From positions 38,051 to 102,050 of the forward strand of contig JAZJZK010000025.1 in assembly GCA_040389905.1 (NCBI GenBank): a DNA stretch of 64,000 nucleotides. The letters are read 5' to 3'. The DNA is from Gemmatimonadota bacterium (GTDB lineage: Bacteria; Gemmatimonadota; Gemmatimonadetes; Gemmatimonadales; Gemmatimonadaceae). Shown here piece by piece: positions 47,151 to 56,413 of this stretch. Each line of letters opens with the position of its first letter. Within the stretch, counting starts at the first letter, position 1. The position numbers and the translations under genes were made by a program. The notes beneath the pieces were generated by a model. That model was not told the origin of the DNA, ran no database searches, and saw only the letters and a program-made list of their open reading frames with translations.

Positions 47151-48020
47151 CTAAACCTTCGCCGATCGCAACCGAATTAACCCCTCCTGCGCCACCGACG
47201 CCACCAGTTCCCCCGACTGCGTGTGGATGGTCCCGCGGACGAAACCACGTGCGCCCGCGGTGACCGGACTATCTGTCGAGTACAGGAGCCATTCGTCCGC
47301 GCGGAATGGTCGATGCATCCAGACCGAATGGTCGAGCGACGCGAGCTGAAGGCCGCTCGACCGATAGGCGATGCCGTGAGGCTGAAGCGCGGTCACGAGG
47401 AGGCCGTAGTCCGATGCATATGCGAGAATTGCCTGATGAATCCACGGATCATCCGGCAAGCGGCCAACCGCGCGAAACCATGCTCGGCGAAATGGGTCGC
47501 GTTTCTCCGCGCGAAGCGGGTCGATGACGTCGATCGGCCGCACGTCAATCGGTCGCTCCTGCGTGAGGACGGAGCGGAGTTGAGGCGGGATGCGGTCGGC
47601 CATCGCCCGGATGTATTCCAATTCTGGAATGAGCGTCTCCGGGGCAGGGACATCCTCGATGTCCGTTTGATGCGCGGGCCCGTCTTCGCTGATGTGGAAC
47701 GACGCCGACAGATTGAAGATCGCGTGACCGTGCTGGATGGCCGTCACACGCCGAGTGGTGAAGCTCGATCCGTCGCGCAGCCGATCGACGAAGTACACGA
47801 TCGGCGCGGCGAGGTCGCCCGGAAGGATGAAATAGCCGTGCGCCGAATGCGCTTCGCGCGCATCGTCCACGGTTCTCCTCGCGGCGACGAGCGCCTGCGC
47901 GAACACCTGACCACCGTACACCCGGCCGGTTCCGAGATCACGGTTCTGTCCGCGATAGATGTTGACTTCGAGGGGCTCGAGATCGAGCAGCGTCAGGAGT
48001 GTGTCGAGAGAGTCGGACAT
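47151..48020 (-). CDS. tesB: Acyl-CoA thioesterase II
   Basis: RVYGGQVFAQAL, HSAHGYFILPGD, RDGSSFTTRRV, LAYASD, ASLDHSVWMH, SVAQEG. Confidence 0.95.
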   Translation of the reverse strand: MSDSLDTLLTLLDLEPLEVNIYRGQNRDLGTGRVYGGQVFAQALVAARRTVDDAREAHSAHGYFILPGDLAAPIVYFVDRLRDGSSFTTRRVTAIQHGHAIFNLSASFHISEDGPAHQTDIEDVPAPETLIPELEYIRAMADRIPPQLRSVLTQERPIDVRPIDVIDPLRAEKRDPFRRAWFRAVGRLPDDPWIHQAILAYASDYGLLVTALQPHGIAYRSSGLQLASLDHSVWMHRPFRADEWLLYSTDSPVTAGARGFVRGTIHTQSGELVASVAQEGLIRLRSAKV

Positions 48021-48105
48021 GCCTGTGACGCTAAGACCCCGCTCGCCGAGCCGCTACCCTTCCGCGTGGCGCACCAGCGCGAATCTCGACATCTTCCTTG
48101 CCACG

Positions 48106-48645
48106 ATGACCGCGCCGATCCCTCCCGATGAATCGCGCCGCCTCCTGCAGCATTTTCTCGCGGCGCTCGCATACCGTACACAGAAGGCACTCCGCGGCGC
48201 CCCGCCCGGCTTCGCCGATTTTCGCGCAGGTACCAACCTACGCACCCCGCATGAGCTCGTGATGCACATGACGAGTGTGATCGGTTACGCCCGAACGTTC
48301 CTCCATGGCGGCATCTTCCGGCCGGAAGGCTTGCCCACCTTCGACGAAGAGATCGAGCGCTTTCACACGATGTTGTCGGCGCTCAGCGCCGATTTCGGAA
48401 ACAAGCGGCTGCTCGCCGGAATCACGGATGAGCAATTCCTTCAGGGGCCGCTGTCCGACGCCATGACGCACGCCGGACAGCTCGCAATGCTGCGACGACT
48501 TCACGGCGACCCTGTGCCATCGGAGAACTTCATTTTCGCGGCGATCGCCCCTGAAAACGTAAGCAGCGACCAGCCCGAACCCGCTCGCCCGGACCTCGAT
48601 TGGTCAAAGGATCGCCCGCCCCGCAGAGTCCGCCCTGACACTTAA
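48106..48645 (+). CDS. DinB-like hypothetical protein
   Basis: HFLAALAYR, TPHELVMHM, QGPLSDAMTHAGQLAMLRRL. Start re-picked at ATG 48106. Confidence 0.7.
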   Translation: MTAPIPPDESRRLLQHFLAALAYRTQKALRGAPPGFADFRAGTNLRTPHELVMHMTSVIGYARTFLHGGIFRPEGLPTFDEEIERFHTMLSALSADFGNKRLLAGITDEQFLQGPLSDAMTHAGQLAMLRRLHGDPVPSENFIFAAIAPENVSSDQPEPARPDLDWSKDRPPRRVRPDT

Positions 48646-48713
48646 GCACGACGCGCCACTACCTTTCGTGTGGTTTGTACGGTCTCGTACAAATAAATCC
48701 GAGTCGGGCGACA

Positions 48714-50432
48714 ATGGCCAAACGGGTGCAGGACACGTTGTTCGCCGGCGCGGGGGAGATGCGCAACGCCTGTCGCGCCCTCGATTGGGCGCAGACGCCA
48801 CTGGGCGATAGCGCCTCATGGCCGCAGAGTCTGCGGACCGTCGCCCAACTGACACTCGCCAACCCCACGCCTCAAGTCGTCCTCTGGGGGAGTGAATTGG
48901 CACAGATCTACAACGACGGCTACAGGACGATCATGGGGACCAAGCATCCCTGTGGACTTGGGCAGCCGACCCGAGAGTGCTGGCCCGAAGTCTGGCATCT
49001 CAACCAGCCCATCTACGAACAGGTGCTTCGCGGTGAAACGCTCTGGTTCGAGGATGCGTTGTTCCCGATCACCCGCACGGGCACGACAACGAATGCGTGG
49101 TTCAGCCTTTCGTATGTGCCGATCATCGACGAGTCCGCGGGAGTCGCCGGCATCCTGGTGGCCGTCAGCGAGACGACGGACGGTATCCTCGCTGCACAGG
49201 AGCGTGAGCGGCTGCGGGCAGCGCTCGAGGTCGAGCGTCTCCGCCTGAAGGAAACGTTTCGCCAGGCCCCGAGCTTCATGGCGACCTTTCGCGGCCCGCT
49301 TCTGCTCTGTGATTTCGTGAACGAGGCGTACGTCGAGCTGGTGGGCTCGCGCGAACTGCTCGGCAGGAGTCTCGGCGATGCATTGCCAGAACTGCGCGTT
49401 CAGCCCTTCGCGAGCGCCTTACACGGAGTCTGGGACAGCGGTGAGGTGTGGGTCGCGCGGCAGACGCCGCTGCACCTGGACCGACTCGGCGACGGCATCG
49501 CGGTGACACGCTACGTGGACATCATCGTGCTTCCGCTGAACGAAGCGGACGGGAGTCGGACCGGTGTCGTTGCGCACGGCTCGGATGTCACGGAACGAGT
49601 GCTGGCCCAGCAGTCCGTTGAACATCTTCTCGTGGAGAGCGAATCCGCACGTCTCGAAGCGGTAGTTGCGCGCGGCGAAGCAGAGAACGCGCGCGCGGAT
49701 GCGGAACGTGCGCGCGCGGCGGCCGAATCCGCCAGTCGCGCGAAGGGCGAATTTCTGGCGATCATGTCGCATGAGCTCCGAACGCCGCTCAATGCCATCG
49801 GGGGATATACGGAGTTGCTCGAAATGGGCATCCGCGGCCCAGTCAACACCACGCAACGTGATGACCTCCGCCGAATCCAGGCGAGCCAGCAGCATCTGTT
49901 GGGTCTGATCAACGAAGTGCTGGATTTCGCCAAGCTGGAGACAGAGACCGTCGAATACTACGAGTCAGACGTCGTCGTGAACGAGGCGTTGCTCGCGGCG
50001 GAAACGCTCGTGTCCCCTCAAGTGCGGGCCAAGGGATTGACGCTGACGATCGATGCCTGTCCGCCCGGGCTCATGATCCGGGCGGACGCGGAAAAATTGC
50101 GGCGCCTGCTCGTCAACCTGCTCTCGAATGCGATCAAGTTCACCGAGCGCAGTGGGCATATCGATATCTCGTGCACCGCCGATGGATCGAACATCCAGTT
50201 CGCTGTCAGCGATACCGGAATAGGCATCGACGCCACGCAGATGGAACGCATCTTCGAGCCCTTCGTTCAGGTTCGCGCCGACTACACCCGCACACAGGAA
50301 GGAACCGGACTCGGTCTCGCGATCAGCCGCAAGCTCGCTCGCGGGATGGGGGGCGAGCTCGAAGTCGCGAGCACCATCGGCGAAGGGGCAACGTTCACGT
50401 TGACATTGCCCATGTCGCCGTCGTCGATGTGA
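48714..50432 (+). CDS. Cytoplasmic PAS-PAS sensor histidine kinase
   Basis: DWAQTPLG..SWPQSL, YNDGY, WPEVW; SHELRTPLNAIGGY, NAIKF, GTGLGL. Confidence 0.93.
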   Translation: MAKRVQDTLFAGAGEMRNACRALDWAQTPLGDSASWPQSLRTVAQLTLANPTPQVVLWGSELAQIYNDGYRTIMGTKHPCGLGQPTRECWPEVWHLNQPIYEQVLRGETLWFEDALFPITRTGTTTNAWFSLSYVPIIDESAGVAGILVAVSETTDGILAAQERERLRAALEVERLRLKETFRQAPSFMATFRGPLLLCDFVNEAYVELVGSRELLGRSLGDALPELRVQPFASALHGVWDSGEVWVARQTPLHLDRLGDGIAVTRYVDIIVLPLNEADGSRTGVVAHGSDVTERVLAQQSVEHLLVESESARLEAVVARGEAENARADAERARAAAESASRAKGEFLAIMSHELRTPLNAIGGYTELLEMGIRGPVNTTQRDDLRRIQASQQHLLGLINEVLDFAKLETETVEYYESDVVVNEALLAAETLVSPQVRAKGLTLTIDACPPGLMIRADAEKLRRLLVNLLSNAIKFTERSGHIDISCTADGSNIQFAVSDTGIGIDATQMERIFEPFVQVRADYTRTQEGTGLGLAISRKLARGMGGELEVASTIGEGATFTLTLPMSPSSM

Positions 50433-50462
50433 CCCGCGTCAGCGTCTGAAGGTTGTGCGGGT

Positions 50463-50909
50463 ATGTCGAACAGAATCGTATTTGTGCTACTCGTCGTGGT
50501 TGGCTGCTCGAGTGTCGTCGCGCCAGAGGACCAGCAAAACGACACCACCGAAACCGTCACCGTTGACGGTTCGCTCCGACTCACGGTCTCCGATGCGTCG
50601 TCACCGGCTGGCGTCCTGTTCGCCAAGCCGACGGCCACGGTCACCGCCGGAACTGCCCGCGTCACCGCGACGCGCTACGGCAGCCAATGCCAGTATGCCG
50701 TGACGGGACGCGCAGACGTGTCAGCCACAGCGATCTCCTTGCGCGTCGCATATTCCGCACGCCTCACCAGTTGCGTCGCCGAAGTACGCAAGCTCACGTA
50801 CGTGGCGGAGATCAGCGGGCTGGCGAGGCACTCGTACGACCTGACGGTGATTCACGAAGAGAACAACCAGAAGGACACGCTCCTCACGCAGCGCGTGGAC
50901 GTTCCTTAA
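50463..50909 (+). CDS. Hypothetical lipoprotein
   Basis: Lipobox VVGC; small beta-rich domain with two further Cys. Confidence 0.7.
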   Translation: MSNRIVFVLLVVVGCSSVVAPEDQQNDTTETVTVDGSLRLTVSDASSPAGVLFAKPTATVTAGTARVTATRYGSQCQYAVTGRADVSATAISLRVAYSARLTSCVAEVRKLTYVAEISGLARHSYDLTVIHEENNQKDTLLTQRVDVP

Positions 50910-52134
50910 CCACCGTTACGCACTGCGTCTGCAGGAGTCGCTTCTCCGCCGGACGAACCACCTTGAGATACACCGTGAGCGCACTGAGCGCGCACACCGA
51001 CATCGTGCCCGTCATGGCGACCGCGGAGTGCCCGTCGAACAGCATCGCGGCAATTCCGCTCGAGAGCGCGCCCACGACCATCTGCAACCCGGTGAGGACC
51101 GCGCTCGCCACGCCGGCGATTTCCGGCATCGGCTCCAACGCACCTTGCGCGGAATTGGCACGAACGATCGCATGGCCGACGTGGCTCACGACAATGAGGC
51201 CAATGAGCAACGCCGGATTGAGAACGCCCGTCGTTGCCAGCACGAGTAACAGGACGGCGATACTCGCGATCGTCATCAGCCCGAGACGAATGAGCTTCGC
51301 ATGCGAAACGCCACTCCGGTTCAGGCGCGCATTCGTGAACGACCCGATGACGAGCCCGATCGACGTCGAGGCGAATAGGGCGCCGTACGTGCGCGGCGAC
51401 ACACCCATTACGCCGATGAGAATCAACGACGACCCCGACACGTACGCGAACAAGCAGCCGAAGCATAGGGCGACAACGCTCGCGTACCCCATGCTGACCG
51501 GGTGACGCACCACCCGGACATAACTGCGGAGCGTGCCTCCCACGGTGAGCGTCCCGCGTGATTCGTGCGGCACCGACTCGCGAATGTAGAGCGCCACGAG
51601 CGCAAGCAAAACGACACCGCCACCCGCCAGCGCACCATAGATGGCGCGCCATCCGCCCAGCGAGGCGATCCAGACGCCGAGCGTCGGCGCGATGATCGGC
51701 GCAACGCCTGCCGCGAGGTTCACATACGATTGGCGAACGCGCGCTTCCGCTCCGCTGAAGTGATCGCGCACCGTTGCAATCACCAGCACCTGCACGGTAC
51801 CCGCGCCAACCCCCATGGCGAAGCGCCAGAGCAACAGCGCCGGCAATGATGCGGCATAGGCACCGAGCGCTCCGAACACCGCAAACGTCGCACAGCCGAC
51901 AAGCAGGAGCGGACGTCTCCCGTACCGATCGGACACCGGGCCCATGATGAGCGGGCCCACGGCAAAGCCGGCCATGAACAGGCTCATCGTGAGCGCGACG
52001 GTCGCAGGTGCAACTCCCAGCGACGCGGCCGTCGCGGACAATACCGGCAAGCCCATGTCGGTGGCGAAGGATGCCAACGTGACGAGCGCGCCGAGGAGGA
52101 GCGTGAATGCGAACGAATGCGGGCGTGATGTCAT
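50884..52134 (-). CDS. Bcr/CflA-family MFS efflux transporter
   Basis: ATDMGLP, GPVSDRYGRRP, APIIAPTLG, GWRAIY; about 12 TM helices. Confidence 0.93.
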   Translation of the reverse strand: MTSRPHSFAFTLLLGALVTLASFATDMGLPVLSATAASLGVAPATVALTMSLFMAGFAVGPLIMGPVSDRYGRRPLLLVGCATFAVFGALGAYAASLPALLLWRFAMGVGAGTVQVLVIATVRDHFSGAEARVRQSYVNLAAGVAPIIAPTLGVWIASLGGWRAIYGALAGGGVVLLALVALYIRESVPHESRGTLTVGGTLRSYVRVVRHPVSMGYASVVALCFGCLFAYVSGSSLILIGVMGVSPRTYGALFASTSIGLVIGSFTNARLNRSGVSHAKLIRLGLMTIASIAVLLLVLATTGVLNPALLIGLIVVSHVGHAIVRANSAQGALEPMPEIAGVASAVLTGLQMVVGALSSGIAAMLFDGHSAVAMTGTMSVCALSALTVYLKVVRPAEKRLLQTQCVTVVKERPRAA

Positions 52135-52219
52135 TCTGGAGGAGGAAACTATGCCGGCGCTATTATCGCGTCCAAGACTTTAATTTGCATTATTAAGTCG
52201 TATTTCTTATTACTCCAGA

Positions 52220-53098
52220 ATGGAGCTCCGTCACCTCAGGTACTTCGTCGCGGTCGCCGAGGAGCTGCATTTCGGACGCGGCGCGGCGCGTCTCAACGTG
52301 GCGCAACCTGCGCTCAGCCAGCAGATCAAGCACCTCGAGCAAGAACTCGGCGTTCAGTTACTGGCGCGCACGAAACGGCGCGTCGCGCTTACCGAGCCCG
52401 GGAGACTCTTCCTTCACGAGGCGAGACGCACCTTGGCGTACGCAGCCACGGCGGCGGATGTCGCGAGGCGGGCAGCCGCCGGACAGGTCGGTCGCCTGAG
52501 AATCGGGTACGTCGATTCCGCGCTGTGGGGAGTGCTGCCGAGCGTGTTGGCCGCGTATCGCGAGCGCTTTCCCGACGTCAAGCTACATCTCCTCGAACGA
52601 CTGCCGACGCAGCAGATCAATGCGCTCGAGGCCGGCGATCTCGACCTTGGCATCGCACCGTCGCACGCGGCACCGGAATCCTTTCGCACCGAGCTTCTCT
52701 CGGAGGAAGGCGTCGCCATCGCGCTACCGGCGTCCCACCGTCTCGCGTCGCAAAAGCGCGTCGCGGTCGCAGATCTGGCCGAGGATTCCTGGGTACTCGT
52801 GCCGCCGCGCATTCCCAGCCGCCTGCGCGATCTGGCGATCAGTGCGTGCGCAGCGGCGGGGTTCGCGCCGCGCATCGCCCAGGAGGCGCGTCAGCTCGAT
52901 GCGCTCGTCGCGCTTGTGAGCGCCGGACTTGGCGTCACCTTCGTACCGAGCACCGCCGAGCATGTCCCGCGCGCGGGCGTGGTGTTTCGACCACTGAGTG
53001 GGTTGGATCTGCGCTTCAGGCTCGTCGCACTCTGGCGCGCGGAGCATGCGCCACCCGCCCTTGAGTCGTTCATGCAAGTACTGAGGGATACTCGATAG
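52220..53098 (+). CDS. LysR-family transcriptional regulator, divergent from the MFS gene
   Basis: MELRHLRYFVAVAEELHFGRGAARLNVAQPALSQQIKHLE. Confidence 0.96.
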   Translation: MELRHLRYFVAVAEELHFGRGAARLNVAQPALSQQIKHLEQELGVQLLARTKRRVALTEPGRLFLHEARRTLAYAATAADVARRAAAGQVGRLRIGYVDSALWGVLPSVLAAYRERFPDVKLHLLERLPTQQINALEAGDLDLGIAPSHAAPESFRTELLSEEGVAIALPASHRLASQKRVAVADLAEDSWVLVPPRIPSRLRDLAISACAAAGFAPRIAQEARQLDALVALVSAGLGVTFVPSTAEHVPRAGVVFRPLSGLDLRFRLVALWRAEHAPPALESFMQVLRDTR

Positions 53099-53141
53099 GC
53101 TTTAGCAGCAAAGCCTTAACCATTCACTTGCTTTTCGTCTT

Positions 53142-55274
53142 TCAGCGCCTCCCCTCCAGCGCCGCCACGAGCATCGGCAGATCCTCCGCCCGCCGCGCCG
53201 TGAATCGAATCACATTGCCGTCCTCGACCACGAAGTAGTGCGGCGTTCCCGACTGCCGCATCCGGCGCGACGCCTCGGCGCGGTCGTCGAAGCCGACCGT
53301 CCCCTTGAAGCCGAGTGACGCCAGGCTGGCGACCATTTCCGCAGTTGGCGTCTCCTGCACGAGTGCGACGACCGGGACATTGCGCAACGCGAACTTTTCG
53401 GCCACGGCATTGAGTGACGCGAGGTCTGCGCGTGACGGGGCACAGTCGCGTGAAACGAATGCGACGATCGAAATGCGCTTACCGATGACATCCGAGAACG
53501 TGCGCCGCGCGCCCGACACGTCGGCGATCGAACCATTCGCGTCGAAGGGCCGGCGGATAGCCGACTTCATCGTCTGATCCGCGAGAGTGGCGCGGCCATC
53601 TGCAACTGCTTCCTCCCACTTTGCGCTCTGCGCCGCGGCACCGAGCTTCGCGCGCACCGTGTCGGCGCGGAGCGCAGTCGTTCGACGATCCGCGACCACC
53701 CATGCGTAGGCAAGCAGGGCCGCCGTGGTGTCGCCGCCAGCAAGTTCCGCGTCTCCGAGTGCACGTAACGTTCGAGCATCCCAGCCGAGCGCCGCGGCGC
53801 GCCGCAGCGTATCACGCGCGGCGGCAACGCGTCCGTCATCGAGCAGTGCCTTGCCAAGTGCACCGAGCTGCCACTGGCCTACGGGACGCCCGCTCGGATT
53901 GCGCAACGCAGAACGCCAATCGGTCGCAGGAATCGGTGGCAGCTTGCGGAGTGACTGGCGGAGCATCTCGGCGCCTCGGGCACGAAATGCCGGAAGCGTG
54001 GCATACTCGTAGGACACCGTGCCTTCGTAGCCGCCACCAAAGCTCGCGAGACGATCACCCCATCGCGCTATGGTTGCGCTGTCGTTCGTCGACACCGCGA
54101 GGTCGAACGCTTCAGCCAGTAGTTGAATACCCTGCCCTCCCGTTTCCTCCCAGATGTGTTCGAATTCGCGCAGGCGGTCCGCCTTGGGCATGCGCTTTTC
54201 ACTCGCGGCGAAGACGCGTTGCTGAATCGTACCTCCGTCACGCGGATACTCACGCATCATGCGCTGCCGCCAGTACGTCACCATCGCCGTGTCCCGCACG
54301 TCGGACGCGACCATGGCGAACTCCCACATCGTCGTTGCGTCGAGCGGCGCGTTGGCGAACTTGCGATGCAGCGCTTCGATCCGTGGCCGATTGAGGCGAA
54401 CAATGCTGTCCGTCTTTGCGGCTCCGACCAATTCCCGCGCATCGTACATCGCGTAGCGGTGCCCCGTGGGATTGTCCGGATAGTACTCGAGCATGGCACT
54501 CGCGGCCGCGGCGGCGCGCTCCCAGTTGTCACGGCCATTGAGAATGCGCTGGATCCAGAGTCCATCGAAGAGCGGACGCGATGCCGAGTCCTTCACCGCT
54601 GCTTCCCAGCCACGCGCGTCGTTGTCGTCGACGTGCTTTCCGTCGACGGACGTCACGGTGTACTGTGCGAACACGGTGCCTTCGGGCAGCGTGACGTCTC
54701 CGGAAAACTCACCGTTTCCATTGCGCGTCAACGTGAATTCGCGCTCCACCGGCGGATACGGCTTCCGCGCAACGTACGTCGCCACCTTGAGCAACACGCG
54801 GTCGGAGCCTCCGAGCGCGCTCGCCGACGCGTACCGTACCGCGATGACTGGCGCGGGCGACGGAACCTTCTGCGTGAGGCTCAGCGTTCCCGCCGTCGGT
54901 CCCGCTTCGAGACCACGGCTCGGTGTGAGAACGATGAGACCAATGATCGTCGCCGCCACGAGTGTCACGGCGATGTGTTGCAGCCGCCGCGGCGAAGGGC
55001 GCGCGCTTTCGGTAGCGACCGGGATGATGCCCGTGCGACCGCTCCGCGCACGACCGAGCACACGCTCGCGAAGATCGGGCGACATCGGCGGTATGTGCAC
55101 GTCCAGCGCCGCAGCGCGAAGCGCGCGCATGTCGCGAAGGCGATCCTGGCAACGAAGGCAGTTCTGGAGGTGGCGAGATACCGTCGCGCGGTCGATCTCA
55201 CTCGCATCGCCGCTCGCGAACGACTCGATGGCGTCGAAACGCGGATGCAGGAACGTTCCAATCTCGATTCTCAT
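53142..55274 (-). CDS. Multidomain anti-sigma-like protein: zf-HC2, TM, beta domain, TPR-like region, thioredoxin/TlpA-like domain
   Basis: RHLQNCLRC, TM IAVTLVAATIIGLIVL, TPR-like LGALGKALLDDG and LRALGDAELAGG, redoxin-like IVAFVSRDCAPSR...GTPHYFVVE; ATGA-coupled to the sigma gene. Confidence 0.72.
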   Translation of the reverse strand: MRIEIGTFLHPRFDAIESFASGDASEIDRATVSRHLQNCLRCQDRLRDMRALRAAALDVHIPPMSPDLRERVLGRARSGRTGIIPVATESARPSPRRLQHIAVTLVAATIIGLIVLTPSRGLEAGPTAGTLSLTQKVPSPAPVIAVRYASASALGGSDRVLLKVATYVARKPYPPVEREFTLTRNGNGEFSGDVTLPEGTVFAQYTVTSVDGKHVDDNDARGWEAAVKDSASRPLFDGLWIQRILNGRDNWERAAAAASAMLEYYPDNPTGHRYAMYDARELVGAAKTDSIVRLNRPRIEALHRKFANAPLDATTMWEFAMVASDVRDTAMVTYWRQRMMREYPRDGGTIQQRVFAASEKRMPKADRLREFEHIWEETGGQGIQLLAEAFDLAVSTNDSATIARWGDRLASFGGGYEGTVSYEYATLPAFRARGAEMLRQSLRKLPPIPATDWRSALRNPSGRPVGQWQLGALGKALLDDGRVAAARDTLRRAAALGWDARTLRALGDAELAGGDTTAALLAYAWVVADRRTTALRADTVRAKLGAAAQSAKWEEAVADGRATLADQTMKSAIRRPFDANGSIADVSGARRTFSDVIGKRISIVAFVSRDCAPSRADLASLNAVAEKFALRNVPVVALVQETPTAEMVASLASLGFKGTVGFDDRAEASRRMRQSGTPHYFVVEDGNVIRFTARRAEDLPMLVAALEGRR

Positions 55275-55807
55275 AGCGATCCTCGTAGCGTGTGCTGCAA
55301 GCGGTGAACGGCGCGATGTAGTCGCACCTTGGACGCGCTCACACTGATCTGGAGCGCGCTCGCGATCTCTTCGTGGGAATAGCCTTCGACCATTCGGAGG
55401 GTGACGACGGCGCGCAGCGTATCGGGCAATGCGCCAAACGCGGTGTCGAGTGTCATGCGGAGCGCGACGTCGTCATTGCGCGACACCTCTTCTACCTCTG
55501 CTCCTGTTCGTTGCGCTCGGCGCCGATCGGCGCGGAGTCGCATCAGTGCGGTGCGTGCGGTCACGCGGCTCAGCCATGACCCGAATGTTCCTGATTCCTG
55601 GTAGTGCGTGAGCGCGTTTTGGAGTCCGCCGAAGACATCCTGGACGGCATCTTCCGCATCTTCCCGGGTACCCAGCAGCCGATACGCAAGACGATACACC
55701 GACTCACCATGCCGGTCAAAGAGCGCGCCGAGTGCAGCGCTGTCGCCATGGCGTACGCGCTGTACGAGCGTCTCTTCGGAGTGATCGTGCTGCATCGGAA
55801 GCGGCAT
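55271..55807 (-). CDS. ECF RNA polymerase sigma factor
   Basis: LFDRHGESVYRLAYRLL..EDAEDAVQDVF, SWLSRV, LPDTLRAVVTLRMVEGYSHEEIA, KVRLHRA. Start re-picked. Confidence 0.93.
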   Translation of the reverse strand: MPLPMQHDHSEETLVQRVRHGDSAALGALFDRHGESVYRLAYRLLGTREDAEDAVQDVFGGLQNALTHYQESGTFGSWLSRVTARTALMRLRADRRRAQRTGAEVEEVSRNDDVALRMTLDTAFGALPDTLRAVVTLRMVEGYSHEEIASALQISVSASKVRLHRAVHRLQHTLRGSL

Positions 55808-55834
55808 GGGCGGTCTGTTGGTGGTCAGCAATAG

Positions 55835-55861
55835 AATGCCGTGCAGGCCGGTTTGGTTACA
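55835..55861 (-). promoter_or_regulatory. Candidate ECF-type autoregulatory promoter
   Basis: Minus strand TGTAACC-N15-GCATT about 28 nt upstream of the sigma ATG; an AAC-type -35 is typical of ECF promoters. Confidence 0.35.
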
Positions 55862-55891
55862 TTTCGGTCGGACGACGCCAATGGAGCGACC

Positions 55892-56398
55892 ATGAGCACA
55901 GACGAGCGGACAACGGAAGTCGCGGTACTCGCGGGCGGGTGTTTCTGGGGCGTGGAGGAAATCCTTCGCGCGGTTCCCGGTGTTCTCGACACCGATGTCG
56001 GCTATACGGGCGGGTGGCTCGAGAACCCCACGTATCACGACACCCACGACAGCAAATCGGGACATGCCGAGGCGATCCGGGTGACGTTCGATCCGTCGAT
56101 TGTGCGCTATGAGACGTTGCTCGAGGACTGGTTCTTCAAGCTGCACGATCCCACCACGCTCAACCGTCAAGGGAACGACGTGGGCACGCAGTACCGCTCA
56201 GCAATTTTTCCGCAGTCGGACGAGCAGCGCGCTACGGCGGAAGCCGTCAAGGCGCGCGTGGATGCGTCAGGCAAGTGGAAGCGGCCGATCATGACGTCGA
56301 TCGAGCCAGCAGGCGTGTGGTACAGCGCCGAGAAGTATCACCAGGATTATCTAAGGAAGAACCCTGGTGGGTACACCTGCCACTTCATGCGGGAGTGA
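55892..56398 (+). CDS. msrA: Peptide methionine (S)-sulfoxide reductase
   Basis: AGGCFWG, GYTGG, GHAE, HDPT, RQGNDVGTQYRSAIF, AEKYHQDY, GYTCH; GGAG RBS. Confidence 0.97.
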   Translation: MSTDERTTEVAVLAGGCFWGVEEILRAVPGVLDTDVGYTGGWLENPTYHDTHDSKSGHAEAIRVTFDPSIVRYETLLEDWFFKLHDPTTLNRQGNDVGTQYRSAIFPQSDEQRATAEAVKARVDASGKWKRPIMTSIEPAGVWYSAEKYHQDYLRKNPGGYTCHFMRE

Positions 56399-56413
56399 AA
56401 CAGCAGAGTGCAC

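Noticed and set aside
55808..56170. N-terminal extension of the sigma ORF 55271..56170
   Set aside because: Mostly antisense shadow of msrA.
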